Of a stretch of DNA of 64,000 nt, positions 41,536 through 54,356 are shown one piece after another. The number at the start of each line of letters is the position of its first letter. Position 1 is the first letter of the stretch. The notes beneath the pieces are model-generated. The model made no database searches. It was not told where the DNA came from and saw nothing but the letters and a program-made list of their open reading frames with translations. Source of the DNA: Azolla caroliniana (lineage: Eukaryota; Plantae; Polypodiophyta); assembly GCA_043228905.1 (NCBI GenBank), contig JBHGNT010000010.1, positions 19,902,001-19,966,000 on the forward strand, in the 5' to 3' direction. A program made the position numbers and the translations under genes.

Positions 41536-44175
41536 GGAAAACACAGAAGAGAAAAAAAACACAGGAAAGGAAAAGACAGGCAGAGGGAGAGAGGGAGAGA
41601 GACGTGAAGGGGTGATAGGAGGAGGATAGTCATGTTCACACTTGTCCGGACAAATGTTGCATTCACACTTGTCCGGACAAACGTTGTTCTCATTCGGCCA
41701 AATGTTACGATTCCTTTCACCACGCATCCATCAATCATGTGGGGGGGGGGGGGGGGGGGGGGCGGTATGTGCACATCTTCTCAAATGTTGCAATGCATGA
41801 TTATCCATGCCGCTTGCTTCCTTCTCCCGTCCATTTGAGCATTTTGGCCCTTCATAGTCATACATTTGAAGATCTCATGTTCTATCGATGTTAATCCCCG
41901 CATTGCGTTGTTGTTACCCGCCTCCTTTGCCTTTTCCATGGGATGTTATCATCCTACTCTTGATTGGGGCTAGCTCTAACGTGAGCATTTGACATGTTTG
42001 TGAGCATGTGTTGGACATTTGATAAAAAGAAAATGTGTGGCCATGACGGCGAGGCTTTTTTTTATCCCGTCCTTATCCATCTTTGGAATTCGGCTACCTT
42101 TTGGTTGTTGCCAAGAGGACCCATGCCTATATTTATAACAAGGAACGTGTGCGACGTATTTCCTTAAATTTGGCACGAAGAAAGGTAAAAAAGGTTGCGA
42201 ATGATGAGTAGACCCTGAGAAGTCAGCATGTAGATTAAGAATAGATATAGATATTTTCACATGGAGAGGCTTGTCTAATATATGTAGAATGACAAAAGAA
42301 AAGACCCGACTACATTAAGAAAAGTCAACGGAAAAGAGTGATGTAATATGGTCATATATGATAGCTACACCAAGTAATGTAGGCATATATATATATATAT
42401 ATATATTATATACTTGGTGGTGTTTGACATCCCGGCCTTCTTTGTTGATGATCCTGTTATGTTTATTCTAAGAGTATTCTCCACTTGCCACTCCTCTTGT
42501 GAGATGTTTAGCAACCTTTGCCTAGCCGATTGCTTCGACAACTCCAACGTTCTCTCCTTTTTCAAAATTTTATTCGCCTCTATTGTTAATCGAGGTGGAT
42601 TTAATAATGACATCAATTGTGCCACAACTAAGCAAAAAGTTGAGCAATATAAATGTTGGGGTTATTATTAGTGGTTAAATTTTAAAAAGACAAGTGAGGA
42701 GGTACCACAAGGCTTTCGATTCTTATGAGAGATTAGTAAAAATAAGTATTGAGGTAGGTATTCATAGAGTATGGGTCAGTGTTGAAGCTTGGTTTAAAAC
42801 CAAACGACAAATGTAGGGGTATACTAAGTAATTAAAAGGGCCTGATGGAGATGTACTACTCCATATGAAATTGTAGTGCATGGACAAGCTCAACAACAAA
42901 AGTTGAAGCCACACGATCTTACAAACATGAAGAGGGAGAGCGTGATGTTGTTTTGCAAAAGTGTGGATCAAGATGTGATATCAATGTAATTCTTGCATGT
43001 AAAGTAAGGATGCACAGATGACAAACTAATGGGATGTGAGGCAAGAGTTGTTTTGCAGAAGTGTGGGTCAAGATGTGATATCAATATAATTTATGCATGT
43101 AAAATAAGAATGCACACATGACAAACTAATGGGATACGATGCAAGACAACACAATAAAATGGTTGTTGATATGGATGCAGAAGCTAGTTGGCAAAAAATT
43201 CAACATATATTTGCATGCATACATACAATAAGAAAAATAAGAATGAAGACATACACATGTACGCAATGTTGAGATCTCAATTAAGATTATAGGCAATAAA
43301 AATACATTGGTAAATATAGCATGCATGAACTTTCTTCTTCTCTTTCCACTTTTTTGTCTTCTTGAATGAGCACATACAAGCATATCAAGATCCAAGGCAC
43401 AACAAACCTACGAAAACCCCAACAATGATGGGTGATAGGTAGGTACAAGGCGGGACACCAAATTTATGGTGTGATGATCCCAACCATCATGACAAGAAAG
43501 AAAAATATATTAACGTCTTCTAAGGCCAAAATTGGCCCATGAGACAAGAGAGACGAGTGCTTGATGATGGCAAGCGAATCATGTGAAGGCAACATATTGA
43601 TGCCACAAAATTGCAACTTTGAAACCTAGCTTATGTGAGTGCATTAGAACTCATGTTGGTAACGACATGAGGTTGAATAAGATTAAAAGCCATTTTTGGC
43701 TCGTATCTAACCCAATGTTCAAGGTCGACATTTACAATGTGATATTCTAAATTTGTTTTTTTTTTTTTTTCTCGCCTATTCCCGCTCACTTCCACAATGT
43801 CTCCTTCTAATGTTTCCTCAATAAGTCAACTACATGTGTGGCATAGCATCACTTGAAAATCTTTTTCCTAATAGATCTTCTTCGGTACGCCGTCTTTAGA
43901 ACCTATATAGTTTCAATGTCTTTAATTACCGGAAAACCAGATGAGAGGATTTGGATCTCGTGATTCTTTTGTGTAGCTTTCTTTCATCCAACAAAAGAAG
44001 AAGAAGAAAGAAAATAGCAAAGAGCAAAAAAACAAAAAGCAAAGAACAAAAACCAAAAGAACAAAGAACAAAGAACAAAAAACAAAAAAGCAAAAAACAG
44101 GACACTCGGTTCCTCTCTGTTCCTTCTCTCCCTTCTTCGCCATAGCTCGTCGACCCCTTCCACAGATTTCTGGCG

Positions 44176-47100
44176 ATGGCGGAACTCGTAGAGACGCACG
44201 CAGCTGTCCCTTCCACGGAGAGAGGCCGAGGGATCCTCATCTCTGCCGATCCGAAGTCCCCCTCCATCGTCTACTGTAATGGTCGCACGATCTTCATCCG
44301 ACGTTTGGACGATCCTCTGCAAATAGACCTCTATCGAGATCATCAGGTACCTGTGTCAGTTGCTCGTTTCTCTCCCAATGGGGAATGGGTTGCTTCTGGC
44401 GATTCTTCAGGAAATGTGAAAATTTGGTCTCGTTATGGACCTGACCATACCCTGAAGTATGAGTATCGAGCCCTTTCTGGTCGGATAGATGACCTTCAAT
44501 GGTCTGCTGATGGACAACGCATCCTTGTCTCTGGTGATGGCAAGGGTCAATCCTTTGCTCGAGCTTTCATGTTCGTGTCTTTATTTTTTTCACTTCTTCG
44601 ATCCGTTGAATTATTTATGTAGTTTTGATGAAAGGGAGATATTTTGTAGTAAAGATTCCATGGAATGTGGAATGTGAGATATTTTGTTAGAGTTCAAGAT
44701 CTAGATGGTGTCTGCTGAAATCTTTGAAAAATCTTTGATATTATGGTTGCTTTTGTCATAAAATCGCCATGACATGTTTTGATTTAATCTTGAAATTGTT
44801 CCATTATGTTTTTTATAGTTTTTCGGATATTTCATGGATTGTTAGGATTTAAATTAATTGCATTGTTTGACGATGTTTTTAAAAAGAAATTAATGACTTT
44901 TCTAACAAGGTTTTGTTTTCAAAAGAGAACTTTGTAGTCTAGATAATATTTTCTTTCATGGACTGTTAGGATTAGAGTGGATGCCATTAATTATACTATT
45001 TCATCGTTAGATCCCTTGAATTTTCCATGTTATTCTGAAAAGATAGATTTCTAGCATTTTTACTAATATATCTTCCATGGCAATGTTATAAAGTTGATTT
45101 CAGTGTTTGGTGATGATGTTTTAAAGAGAGCTTTGTAGTGAATATTTCATTTATGAATTGTGGATTGCGGACATTGTTAATGTTTGTAAGTTTTTTTGCA
45201 GTTTTTCTAGCTAGGATTTCATGGTTTCTTAAGGTTTATCTTTGGTGGCATGATAGTATTGTGATATATGCAGGTGGGATACAGGCACAAATGTTGGGTC
45301 CTTTGATGGGCATTCGAAACGAGTGCTGAGCTGCACATTCAGACCTGTTCGACCGTTCCGAATTGTCACGTGTGGAGAGGACTTCCTTGTCAACTTCTAT
45401 GAGGGTCCCCCCTTCCGGTTCAAGACATCTTTCAGGTGTGTTGATTTAATGCCATTGTCTTTCTCAAAGATTTTCTGCTGTTAAACTCAAAAACGAAGGT
45501 GCATTCTTCATAATTGAGGTAATGGGCACATATAACCTTAAACTAGCTAATAAGGAGAGCAGCTAACTACCAATTCCTTGACGGGCACAAAGATGGGCAG
45601 CACACAATCTGTTTGGCTGTGGTTTGGACGTGGATACACTATTTCATGATATGTAAAGGGCTAGCTAGATCTTTACTTTATAAATTCCATGGACTAAAGG
45701 TCACGATCCTGATGGATGTATCAGAGGATGGTTTCAGTAATGATGATTTCTTAGAATGTGTACAGCTTCAAGTTCCCCCGCCCCCACATTTTCTCCAAAT
45801 TGTGAACCTTATTAAAGATTAGGCCAGGAGCTTCTTTGAAGTGCAATTTTATGTATGGGAAGCTATCTAACTGAACGTGAGAGAGAGACAACAACAAAAC
45901 CTCATGCAAGTTTAGGATGGTAAAAGGTTATATAGATCATTTTCTTTGTTAATAGCGTACTCTCCTGGTTAAATATTTAACCTAATAAGCATTCTCAATT
46001 AATGACAGCATGTGGAAGATGAGAGTCTTACCTTCCTCAACTGTATGCCTGTACTATGCTACGTCAGTAGGTTTCTGTTGTGGATCAGAGTGGTACATCT
46101 TGGATGATCAGACCTTATATTACAACTCATATGGAGATTTATAGATTAAAGAGAATGTAGGAATAATGACCATGATAGAAGTGTAGAAGGGTAGCTAGCA
46201 CTTCATATGCCAATAACCCCTAAGGTCTTTGTCTACATGATAGTCATCTAGATTGTTGTCAGCCAATGGCCATCCTGTAGCTAATGAACGTGATCTAGAA
46301 CTTTTGATAAAGTAGTCATTGTTATGTTTGTACATGTCTTGTATCTCCGTGAAAGTAATAAAAGAAGTATATTTTTATAAGTGTATGTTTTGAGGCTTTT
46401 GAAACATATTATGCCCCTTTACTGGAGAGTTCGACCAATTCTAAATTACAGATGCTTCTTGCTTCTTGTAGGGGTCATTCAAATTTCGTGAACTGCGTGC
46501 GTTTCTCTCCTGATGGAAGCAAGTTTGTTTCAACTGGTTCTGACAAAAAAGGTATTCTTTTTGATGGACAGACTGGCGAAAAAATTGGTGAATTTCTTCC
46601 TGAAAATGGGCATAAAGGAAGTATTTATGCGGCAAGCTGGAGTCCAGATGGAAAACAGGCAAGAAAAATAGATGTGTGCACATTATATATGTAAACGCAG
46701 TCCGGATTGTAAATATAAGCTTATCTGTGAGTATTGTAGCTTTTCATAAACATGCATTTGGGCACAGGACAAATCCGCATATTCTTTAATATGCATGACC
46801 TTGTTTTATGAAAGCAATTCATTTTTTCAACCCTCAGGTTGTAAAAAGTGAGTTCGTAAAGCCATGTTTAAAATCTGAAACTATCCTTAATTGTAGGTTT
46901 TCTCTGGTTATCGAACTTTCAAAGTTTAATAATGCAATCTCCTCTAATCCTCTTGCTATTGATTTTGGCTGATTAGATTCTCACAGTATCAGCCGATAAA
47001 ACTGCGAAGATTTGGGACATTCTGGAGGATGGAAATGGGAAAGTAAATACTACGTTCAACTTTTCAGAGGGTACTGGTGCTGAGGCAATGCAAGTGGGTT

Positions 47101-49117
47101 GCTTATGGCTTAATGAATACCTGGTTACCGTCTCGCTTACTGGTTCCATCAGCTACTTATCTCCCTCTCATCCAGATAGTCCACCTAGAATGCTTTCTGG
47201 GCACATGAAGAATATAACAGCTGTCGCAGTTAATGTAACTGGTAGTAATGCTGAACTCTTTTCTAGTAGCTATGATGGGCTGATAATTAGATGGGTTTGT
47301 GGAGCTGGTTACAAAAATAGACTGGAGAAAAAGGATTCTGTTCATATAAAGGCAATGATAGTTGCTGGGGATGCGCTAGTAACCTGTGGACTTGATAATA
47401 AGGTAATGTTTTTAGGACTATAGTCATTGAGGTTTTCTATTTGATATGCTTCTTTATTGTCTGATTGTGTTATTTGCATGCATGTTGTTGGAGAAAGGCT
47501 TGATATACATAATTTACCTAATGCCATATGGTCAAAAAAGTCTGGACAGAGTCTGTGCATCAATTTGACGATGTAGGATGAGTTGCCAATTTTTCTGAAT
47601 GGAATTTCTTACTCATTTATTTTGCATATAGCTCCGAAGAAGCCCTTTGCCTGGTGATCTTTATGGAGATGCGGAGGCAATTGACTTGAAATCTCAGCCG
47701 AAGGACTTGGATGTAGCTTTGAGATCTCCAGAACTCCTTATAATAACAACAGAAATTGGAGTTATTCTTCTTCGAGGATCTCAAGTTGTGCCAATAAACA
47801 ATCTTGGTTTCACACCAACGGCTGCTGGAATATCTCCAGAGGGAACAGAGGCCGTTATTGGGAGCCAAGATGGTAAGCTCTATATTTTCTCTATAAAAGG
47901 GGATACCCTTGCTCAAGAGAGAGTTCTTGAGAAGCATCGAGGTGCAATTACAAGGATTAGATTCTCTCCTGATGGATCAATGATTGCTTCTGGGGATGCA
48001 AATCGAGAGGCAGTCGTTTGGGACACCATCACTCATGAGGTGGGTTTTCTTTCTTTGTGCGACAGTATCTTGTGCTCCAAGATGTACTGTATTTTGTTAA
48101 AAAGCCTAGGTTGGAAAATAATAGTTGTAGTACCTGCATTGTTGGAAAGCCTAGTTTGGAAAAGTAATGTTTGTGGAGCCATAAAACTGGGGAAAACAAA
48201 GGGATTCTGCCAAAATATTCGCGAAGTTTTCAAAATACCAGTATATCTATGTAGCACAAAATCATGAAATTGGACTCCTGTGCCTTTTCTTGAAAACAAT
48301 TATATTTCTGAATATTCGCGAAGTTTTCAAAATACCAGTATGATCTATGTAGCACAAAATCATGAAATTGAACTCCTTTGCCTTTTCTTGAAAACAATTA
48401 TATTTCTGAATAAAAATCATCATTATGTATTTTCTATTTATCGTCAATATTTATATGCTATGGCCCTCCACTTACACATGGGTTTATGTATATCATCATT
48501 TTGTGCTTTACATGGAATGTGTCGTACATGCAATGCATCAGATTGGTCTTTACAAATTTCTGTTTTAGTTTATAGTTTATTGCTAGTCTCTCTCTCTCAT
48601 ACGGCTTTGTAAAGGTTAAATCACCAGATTATGCTTTGCACGTTGTGTTGTACATGCAATGCATCAGATTGTGCTTTGTAAATATATGCTCTTGTGCATA
48701 GGTTATCGGAACCTCTCTTTCCGTCTCTTATGCATGATTCGTAAAGGTTAAATCATCAGATTGTGCTTTGCATGTAATGTGTCGCAGTGCATTGCAAATA
48801 TCTATTTTTATTAATATACTTTCCCGAAAGGGCTTCATGAGATTGACTTGTTTTCACACTTGCAGGTAAAACTGAAAAATATGCTTTATCATACTTCTCG
48901 AATCACTTGTCTTGCATGGTCACCCGATAGCACAAAAATTGCGACCGGATCGGTGGATACTAACATCCTTGTATATGACATTGGCAAACCAGTTACAGCG
49001 CGAGCCACAATTAAAGGGGCTCATCTTGGTGGTGTTACATGTTTGGGATTTGTCGATCCCATCACTGTTGTGAGTGGGGGAGATGATGCTTGTGTACGAC
49101 TATGGAAGGTGTTGTGA
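44176..49117 (+). CDS. AIP1: Actin-interacting protein 1 (WD40 repeat, WDR1/AIP1 family), 609 aa
   Basis: Exons 44176-44570, 45274-45435, 46472-46658, 46977-47402, 47632-48039 and 48866-49117 total 1830 nt in frame. AIP1 signatures: [94 protein letters not shown]. Intron 3 needs a GC donor. Confidence 0.95.
48214..48412. repeat. Near-perfect tandem duplication (~98 bp x2) in AIP1 intron 5
   Basis: AATATTCGCGAAGTTTTCAAAATACCAGTAT...CTTGAAAACAATTATATTTCTGAATA occurs at 48214 and 48311. Confidence 0.92.
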
Positions 49118-50229
49118 GGTAAAGAGTGTGATGATGAACATGGTTTTTGTCTGTGAATGCCTTTTGTATCAGGATGATGATTTTGAGTGTAAAATAATAT
49201 ATTGTAAAAGTTCTCTCGTTACAATTTAATGACTGGCCCTAAAAATGGTCATCTAAGGTCATTGTTTATAGATTTGGGTTTTTTTGTCTTACATTGCAAG
49301 TATTTGGTTTGGTAACTTGCACCAAGTTCAGTGAGATATTTTATTATAAAGCTTAAACAAAAGACTCAATTTTCATTAGAAGATAAAAATGATTATTGTA
49401 AGGAATGATTATTCCATTTTTGTGGAGCCACTAAATATAAGATGGCAAGAGCATAACTAAAAAGCTGACTCAAAAACTTCAAGTTTAGATTAAGGTTCAC
49501 AAGACTTAACATTTTATAAAAAGTAAGTGAAACAATATCTAAAAATTGCCTTCTGCTTTTATGCAAAAGAGGCAAGTTAATGACCTTATTGAGGTTCATC
49601 TTGTTTGGCATTTCCTAGATATAGCCATAGATACTATGATAATAGTATCTTGGAGCTCTCACCTAGACCAAAATTCAAGCATACTACAATTTCTTAAGCA
49701 CTTCAACAAAGGAGTATAATTTAACATTACCAGCTTTTGTGAATTTCTATTTATTATTTGACATGCATTATAGACTAGCTAATGCTAGATGAACATACTT
49801 TGCAAAGATAAAATGCTAACCAGCACACCCAACACAACTAACAAATAATCCTATGTTAATAACGTGCCAAACTTTGCAATAGAGAGGTTTTGGGAGGATT
49901 AATTTGTCTGTAATGACAATGCTTGTCATTACATTACTGAAGTCTAAGAGTATACTTGACATCTTATGAAATGCTTCATAAAAACACGAGTGTATGCGTC
50001 ATGCATATCTAGTTTAGATGACAGGTTCCTTTGCTTTCCCAACTATTTTTCATGGAGAGTTTTGTGAAAGTGAGAAGATCAACCAATTTCACACATATCG
50101 ATGACTCTAGCTTGACTCAAACTCCACCAATAGTAGAGCCCATTTAGCATTTCTTGTCGATATGTGAACATCTTGAAGTACATATGGGATCAAGGACATG
50201 CTAGTAATTATTGCAAAGCGATGAGGAAG

Positions 50230-51120
50230 TAGGAAGATTTTATGTTTTTTACACACGTACACCAAATGCTAACATCTACCTTTTTACTTATAGGATGCCT
50301 TTCTCAACACTAGACATGGATATATTATCAAAGTAAATATAGTGCATAAGCTTGTTCTAAGAACCTTGTTGCATAAGAATGGCTCAAATGGCACGGGATC
50401 CAACACTAAGAGAGACCAATAGTATTCCTATCAGGTGATGTAAGAATAGGGACATTTGTAATGAATTCTTTTATCCTTTACCCTCATAAATTGCTCTTGA
50501 GTTGTTGATGCCCATGCAACGTTGTTGGCACAAAGAATGAAACGAAATATATAGAGTATTTGCATCAACATATGAATAAATCTTTCAAAATATCGTACTT
50601 ATGGAAAAAGCCCTCCAAAGTTTGATGTTTTTTGGGTGACATCCTTTGAGTTGCCTCAATCTTTGAGCTATCAACTTGAATTCCGTGAGACACTACATGA
50701 CAAAACAAACCTCTTTTCCAATGTGACACTTCTCGGGATTTAGTTGCATCTTGCATTCATCCAACCTCTTGAAAGCCAACCACACCTTCAAGTGATCTTG
50801 CGTGCTAATATATATTGCAAAGCCATATATAAAGACTCTAATAAACTTCACAAAGAAAGCTTGAACACATTATTTTCAAGATGATCAAAGGTGAATACAA
50901 CAATTGTTAATCCAAATGGCATGCATCAATGTGTAAAACATTCCCAAGGTGTAATAAAAGTAATCTTTCTTTGGTTTTCCTTAACAATCTTAAATTGAAA
51001 GTAACCAAAATAACCATCACCCAAGAATGCATTACATGCCTTGTTATTTAATCTAGGATTTACCCTGAACCACATGTGTCATATTGTATGTTTTAATTAG
51101 AGAAAGAGATTGTCTCTCGA
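50230..51120 (-). pseudogene. Old, degenerate Ty3/gypsy reverse transcriptase remnant
   Basis: Minus-strand translation gives DGYFGYFQFKIVKENQRKITFITPWECFTH*CMPFGL, KRLDECKMQLNPEKC, VVSHGIQVDSSKIEAT and VPILTSPD in RT order, with stops and frameshifts. Boundaries are approximate. Confidence 0.72.
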
Positions 51121-52459
51121 GCAATGATGAGTAATGGTGGAGTTGCATCAAATATTGCCCTCATAAGATCTATTCATCAAGGATACTTAGCACATTATTG
51201 TTTAATTATCTATCAAATATTGGTAATGTTATTGAGGTTTGCAACAAATGATGATATTGTGGGTCCGTACTTTCCATGCAGGGGACAATTGGCAGTGCAA
51301 GCTTTGGTAGATGTTTCTTTCATGTTTCGAAAACCCTCATTAAGAATCTTGAGAAGGGGATGCACGAACGGGACCAATTTGCGTTGGGGTCTGGATTGCA
51401 TATTATTGGAAGACATCTTGCCTCATCTTGTGTACAAAGAGAGGTTTTGAACGTTTGGGTTGGAATTGACATGCAGTTAGGAAAGGCTCTATCTTTTGAC
51501 ATTTGGGGTATATTTTGGGAGTGAATGCTATAAATGCCCAATTAATTGAAATTATTACTAACAAGTTGAGGGATAGGACAATGTATTGGAAGTTATAATC
51601 TTGGCCATGTCATGAATGCCTTAAAACTCATACAATATATGAATGCCTTAAAACCCATGTTGTTGTTGCCACCACGGACTAAGAAGGTTTTGCATTTCAT
51701 TTAGCAATCTCTTTGATGTTTGTCATGGAGAAAGTGAGGTAAGATAGGGATCACACTCACAACTAAGGATATCTATTCTCTAATATTTTATTGAGAAGAA
51801 GGGTATGACATGGGAGGATGACAATTAAGGCATCATGGTGGCAATTACTAGGTAGTATTTGTATGGGCACCACGTAGTATTGTAATTTCTTGCGAATGGA
51901 GTTACTCTATTGGCATGGAAAGAAAAAATAAAGCCAACAATTTAATTGTTTGTTTCATTTCAAGATCAATGAAGGAGGAGATGTAATTGAGGCTAGATCC
52001 TAGAGGGTTTTGGACTTTGTTGAGGTGCAATGATTAATATGCATCCCACTCAATTTGGGTTTATTTGGCATAACTACAAAGTATAGCATACAAAGGGTCC
52101 TTTACCTATTGAGATTGAAGAGCAACCATGGATGATGGGGTTGATTGTTGTTAATGGGTTTAGGCTCAAATTTACAAGGAATTACTAATCTATAATATCA
52201 TTTCCTTCATTGAATACCTTTGATGACTATCATCCAATAGTAAACACGAACAAAAGGTACATAACTTTGATTATGGATGGTGATAGATCTTGAAATGTAG
52301 TTGACTATAAATTGTCACCTCTTGTGAAGGTCCTTGATTTTGAAATATTGGTCAGGGTTTATCTTTGGGATTAGCGGGTTGAGGGAAAAGTGCTCTTTAT
52401 CTTTGGGAAGATTAAACGAGGGGCTAGACACCCCCTAAATTTATTGCATTTTCATAATA

Positions 52460-52742
52460 GGGAAAAGTACTAGGATACCCCTGGAAGTTCGTCTATTTAC
52501 CAGAATGCCCTTGAAAGTTCCAAATTTACCAAACTACCCCTATGTCCAAAAAATTAGACTTTATAAAGTAATTATACACTCAAATCTACAAGCCCTATTT
52601 ACCAAATATGGAAGAAATGGACCCGGACTAGCCCTATTTACCAAAGATTTGAGTGTATAATTACTTTATAAAGTGTAATTTTTTGGACATAGGGGCAGTT
52701 TGGTAAATTTGGAACTTCCAGGGGTATCCTGGTACTTTTCCC
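52460..52742. mobile_element. Mutator-like (MULE) MITE, 283 bp, largely palindromic
   Basis: Termini GGGAAAAGTACTAGGATACCCCTGGAAGTTC / GAACTTCCAGGGGTATCCTGGTACTTTTCCC with long internal inverted arms. Perfect 9-bp TSD TTCATAATA at 52451-52459 and 52743-52751. Confidence 0.92.
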
Positions 52743-52850
52743 TTCATAATAAAATAAAGTAAAAAACCACTCTCCTTGTGTTCTCTCACCACATTTTAAT
52801 ATTCATTGACTATGAATGTATATACTACATTAATCTATTATTATTATTTA

Positions 52851-53666
52851 TTTTTTTCCAAAATGAAGCTACTTTCCCATTAATTAGGAAGGATTATTAC
52901 AAAGAGATTGTACAAGGAGGCTTATACATAGATCGGGGAATCCCCCTCTGATCAAGTTCAAGAAAATGAGACTAGTTATATCGCCTTTCGGATTGACTAC
53001 TTAATGTAAGTACCTATAGCTAAAAACGGTGCCCTTCAGTGATGGCTAGTATGAGACAACTCTTGGGGTCGACAACGAAGGGAGGGTGGTAAGTGAGATG
53101 GAAACAACTAGTGTGGGGGTTGGTAGTTCCACCTCGGGCCACTTCCTCCTTGTGTCACCATAGGCGTGTTTCGCCATTTCTGCCAAAAGCGCAAACGGGC
53201 AGTAACCATGTCATTGGAATGGATGCAAACCTCGTCCACTTGCCCTCGTAGGCAGATGATAAGCGCAAACCATATGTCCATGATCACTTCCTCTGGGGGG
53301 CCGCACCAAATCCTAAAAGACCTTTAGGCAACGCGCTTTCCATACATACCACAGAGTGAAGCCTACGATCAACATCCAAATGTCCAGGAACCTAGGGGAT
53401 GTAGACTACAACCCTCTCTCAAATCGAATCTTGGTGATTTTGCCTCTCATGCATACGTAGCACCAACTATCCGTATTGAAGGCGTCTGTCCACCTATCGA
53501 CAAAGTGATGAAGCCATGCCGTAACACTCCACGATGTTGTTCCTTCCACTTCACATGCCGCAAGGAGGCGAGTCACTCTATCTCATACCTTTCGAGCTTG
53601 AGGGCAATCCCACATACAATGCCTCAGAGTCTCAATAGGTGAATGGCAAAGTTGGCAGCCTAACGA
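52851..53666 (-). mobile_element. L1-clade LINE copy 3, 3' part (split by Gypsy element A)
   Basis: Reverse-complement match to ~1787-2593 with an A-tail at 52851-52857. Homology stops at 53666 and resumes at 60697. Confidence 0.92.
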
Positions 53667-54313
53667 TGTCGTGAAGAAAACCGTCCACAAGCGGAATCGG
53701 TGCACCGGAGCGTAGGAACTGGCTCTTCATGCACGTGCGCCTTATGTTGTACATAAGAGAGAATTAGGTACATAGAAGATCCTAGGTAGGTAGATTCGGT
53801 AGGAAGGAAGTTAATGGGAAACGGCTCCTTTCTTGCCTATAAAAAGGGGGGAGACGAGGAGGAGGAAGGGGGATCGCGGTTAGAGAGGACGAAGTGCTGT
53901 CGGGTTGTCGGCCGAAGGCTTCTCTCTCTTCCATACTCCGTAGCTTCTTCCTGTGCAGGGTTTCGGGAGGCTCGCGTTGCTCTGAGGAATGCCCGAGTGC
54001 TTCCGGCAGCACCTCCAACCTACTCCTTTCTTTCTGAGCATTTACGGAGAGGCATCAGCATCTGTTCGCCAGCCTGTTTGGTTGTAACCGACTTCGGGCT
54101 TCTTGTTGTTTGTCCTTGTTAATATATATATACATACATTCGTGTCTCTCTACGTCGGTGTCCCACTCGCGTCTTTGTGTCGAAGGGCTGTGTCCCTGTG
54201 AATCTACGCCCACACGTAGTGGGTCCCTTCCCTTCTCCTTTGTCTCTTGTTCTTCGGTACAAGACCCCCGAGGCCCCGCCTCATTCCACTCATCCGCGAG
54301 GAATACCTCGACA
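53667..54313 (+). repeat. 5' LTR of element A
   Basis: TGTCGTGAAG...CCTCGACA, with TATA-like CTATAAAAAGG near 53837. About 20 substitutions and no indels versus the 3' LTR by eye (~97% identity). Confidence 0.96.
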
Positions 54314-54316
54314 TCT

Positions 54317-54334
54317 TGGTGAACCCGATGTGAA
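54317..54334 (+). promoter_or_regulatory. Primer-binding site complementary to the tRNA-Trp 3' end (element A)
   Basis: TGGTGAACCCGATGTGAA lies 3 nt after the LTR. It has one mismatch to the reverse complement of the plant cytosolic tRNA-Trp 3' end (...TTCACGTCGGGTTCACCA, recalled from memory). Confidence 0.85.
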
Positions 54335-54356
54335 CGAGGCGGCAGAAGAGTAGAAG

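Noticed and set aside
41448-41774. 260-aa ORF 40992-41774 as the true cyclin T N-terminus
   Set aside because: The upstream part is made of the poly-G run, palindromic repeats and microsatellites. The ATG at 41447 has the best context (GCCATGG), though an extension is not excluded.
51200-52400. Possible old LINE RT remnant on the minus strand (RQxC-like and HPLLKILNEG words)
   Set aside because: Too degenerate to call by eye. A BLASTX or HMM search would be needed.
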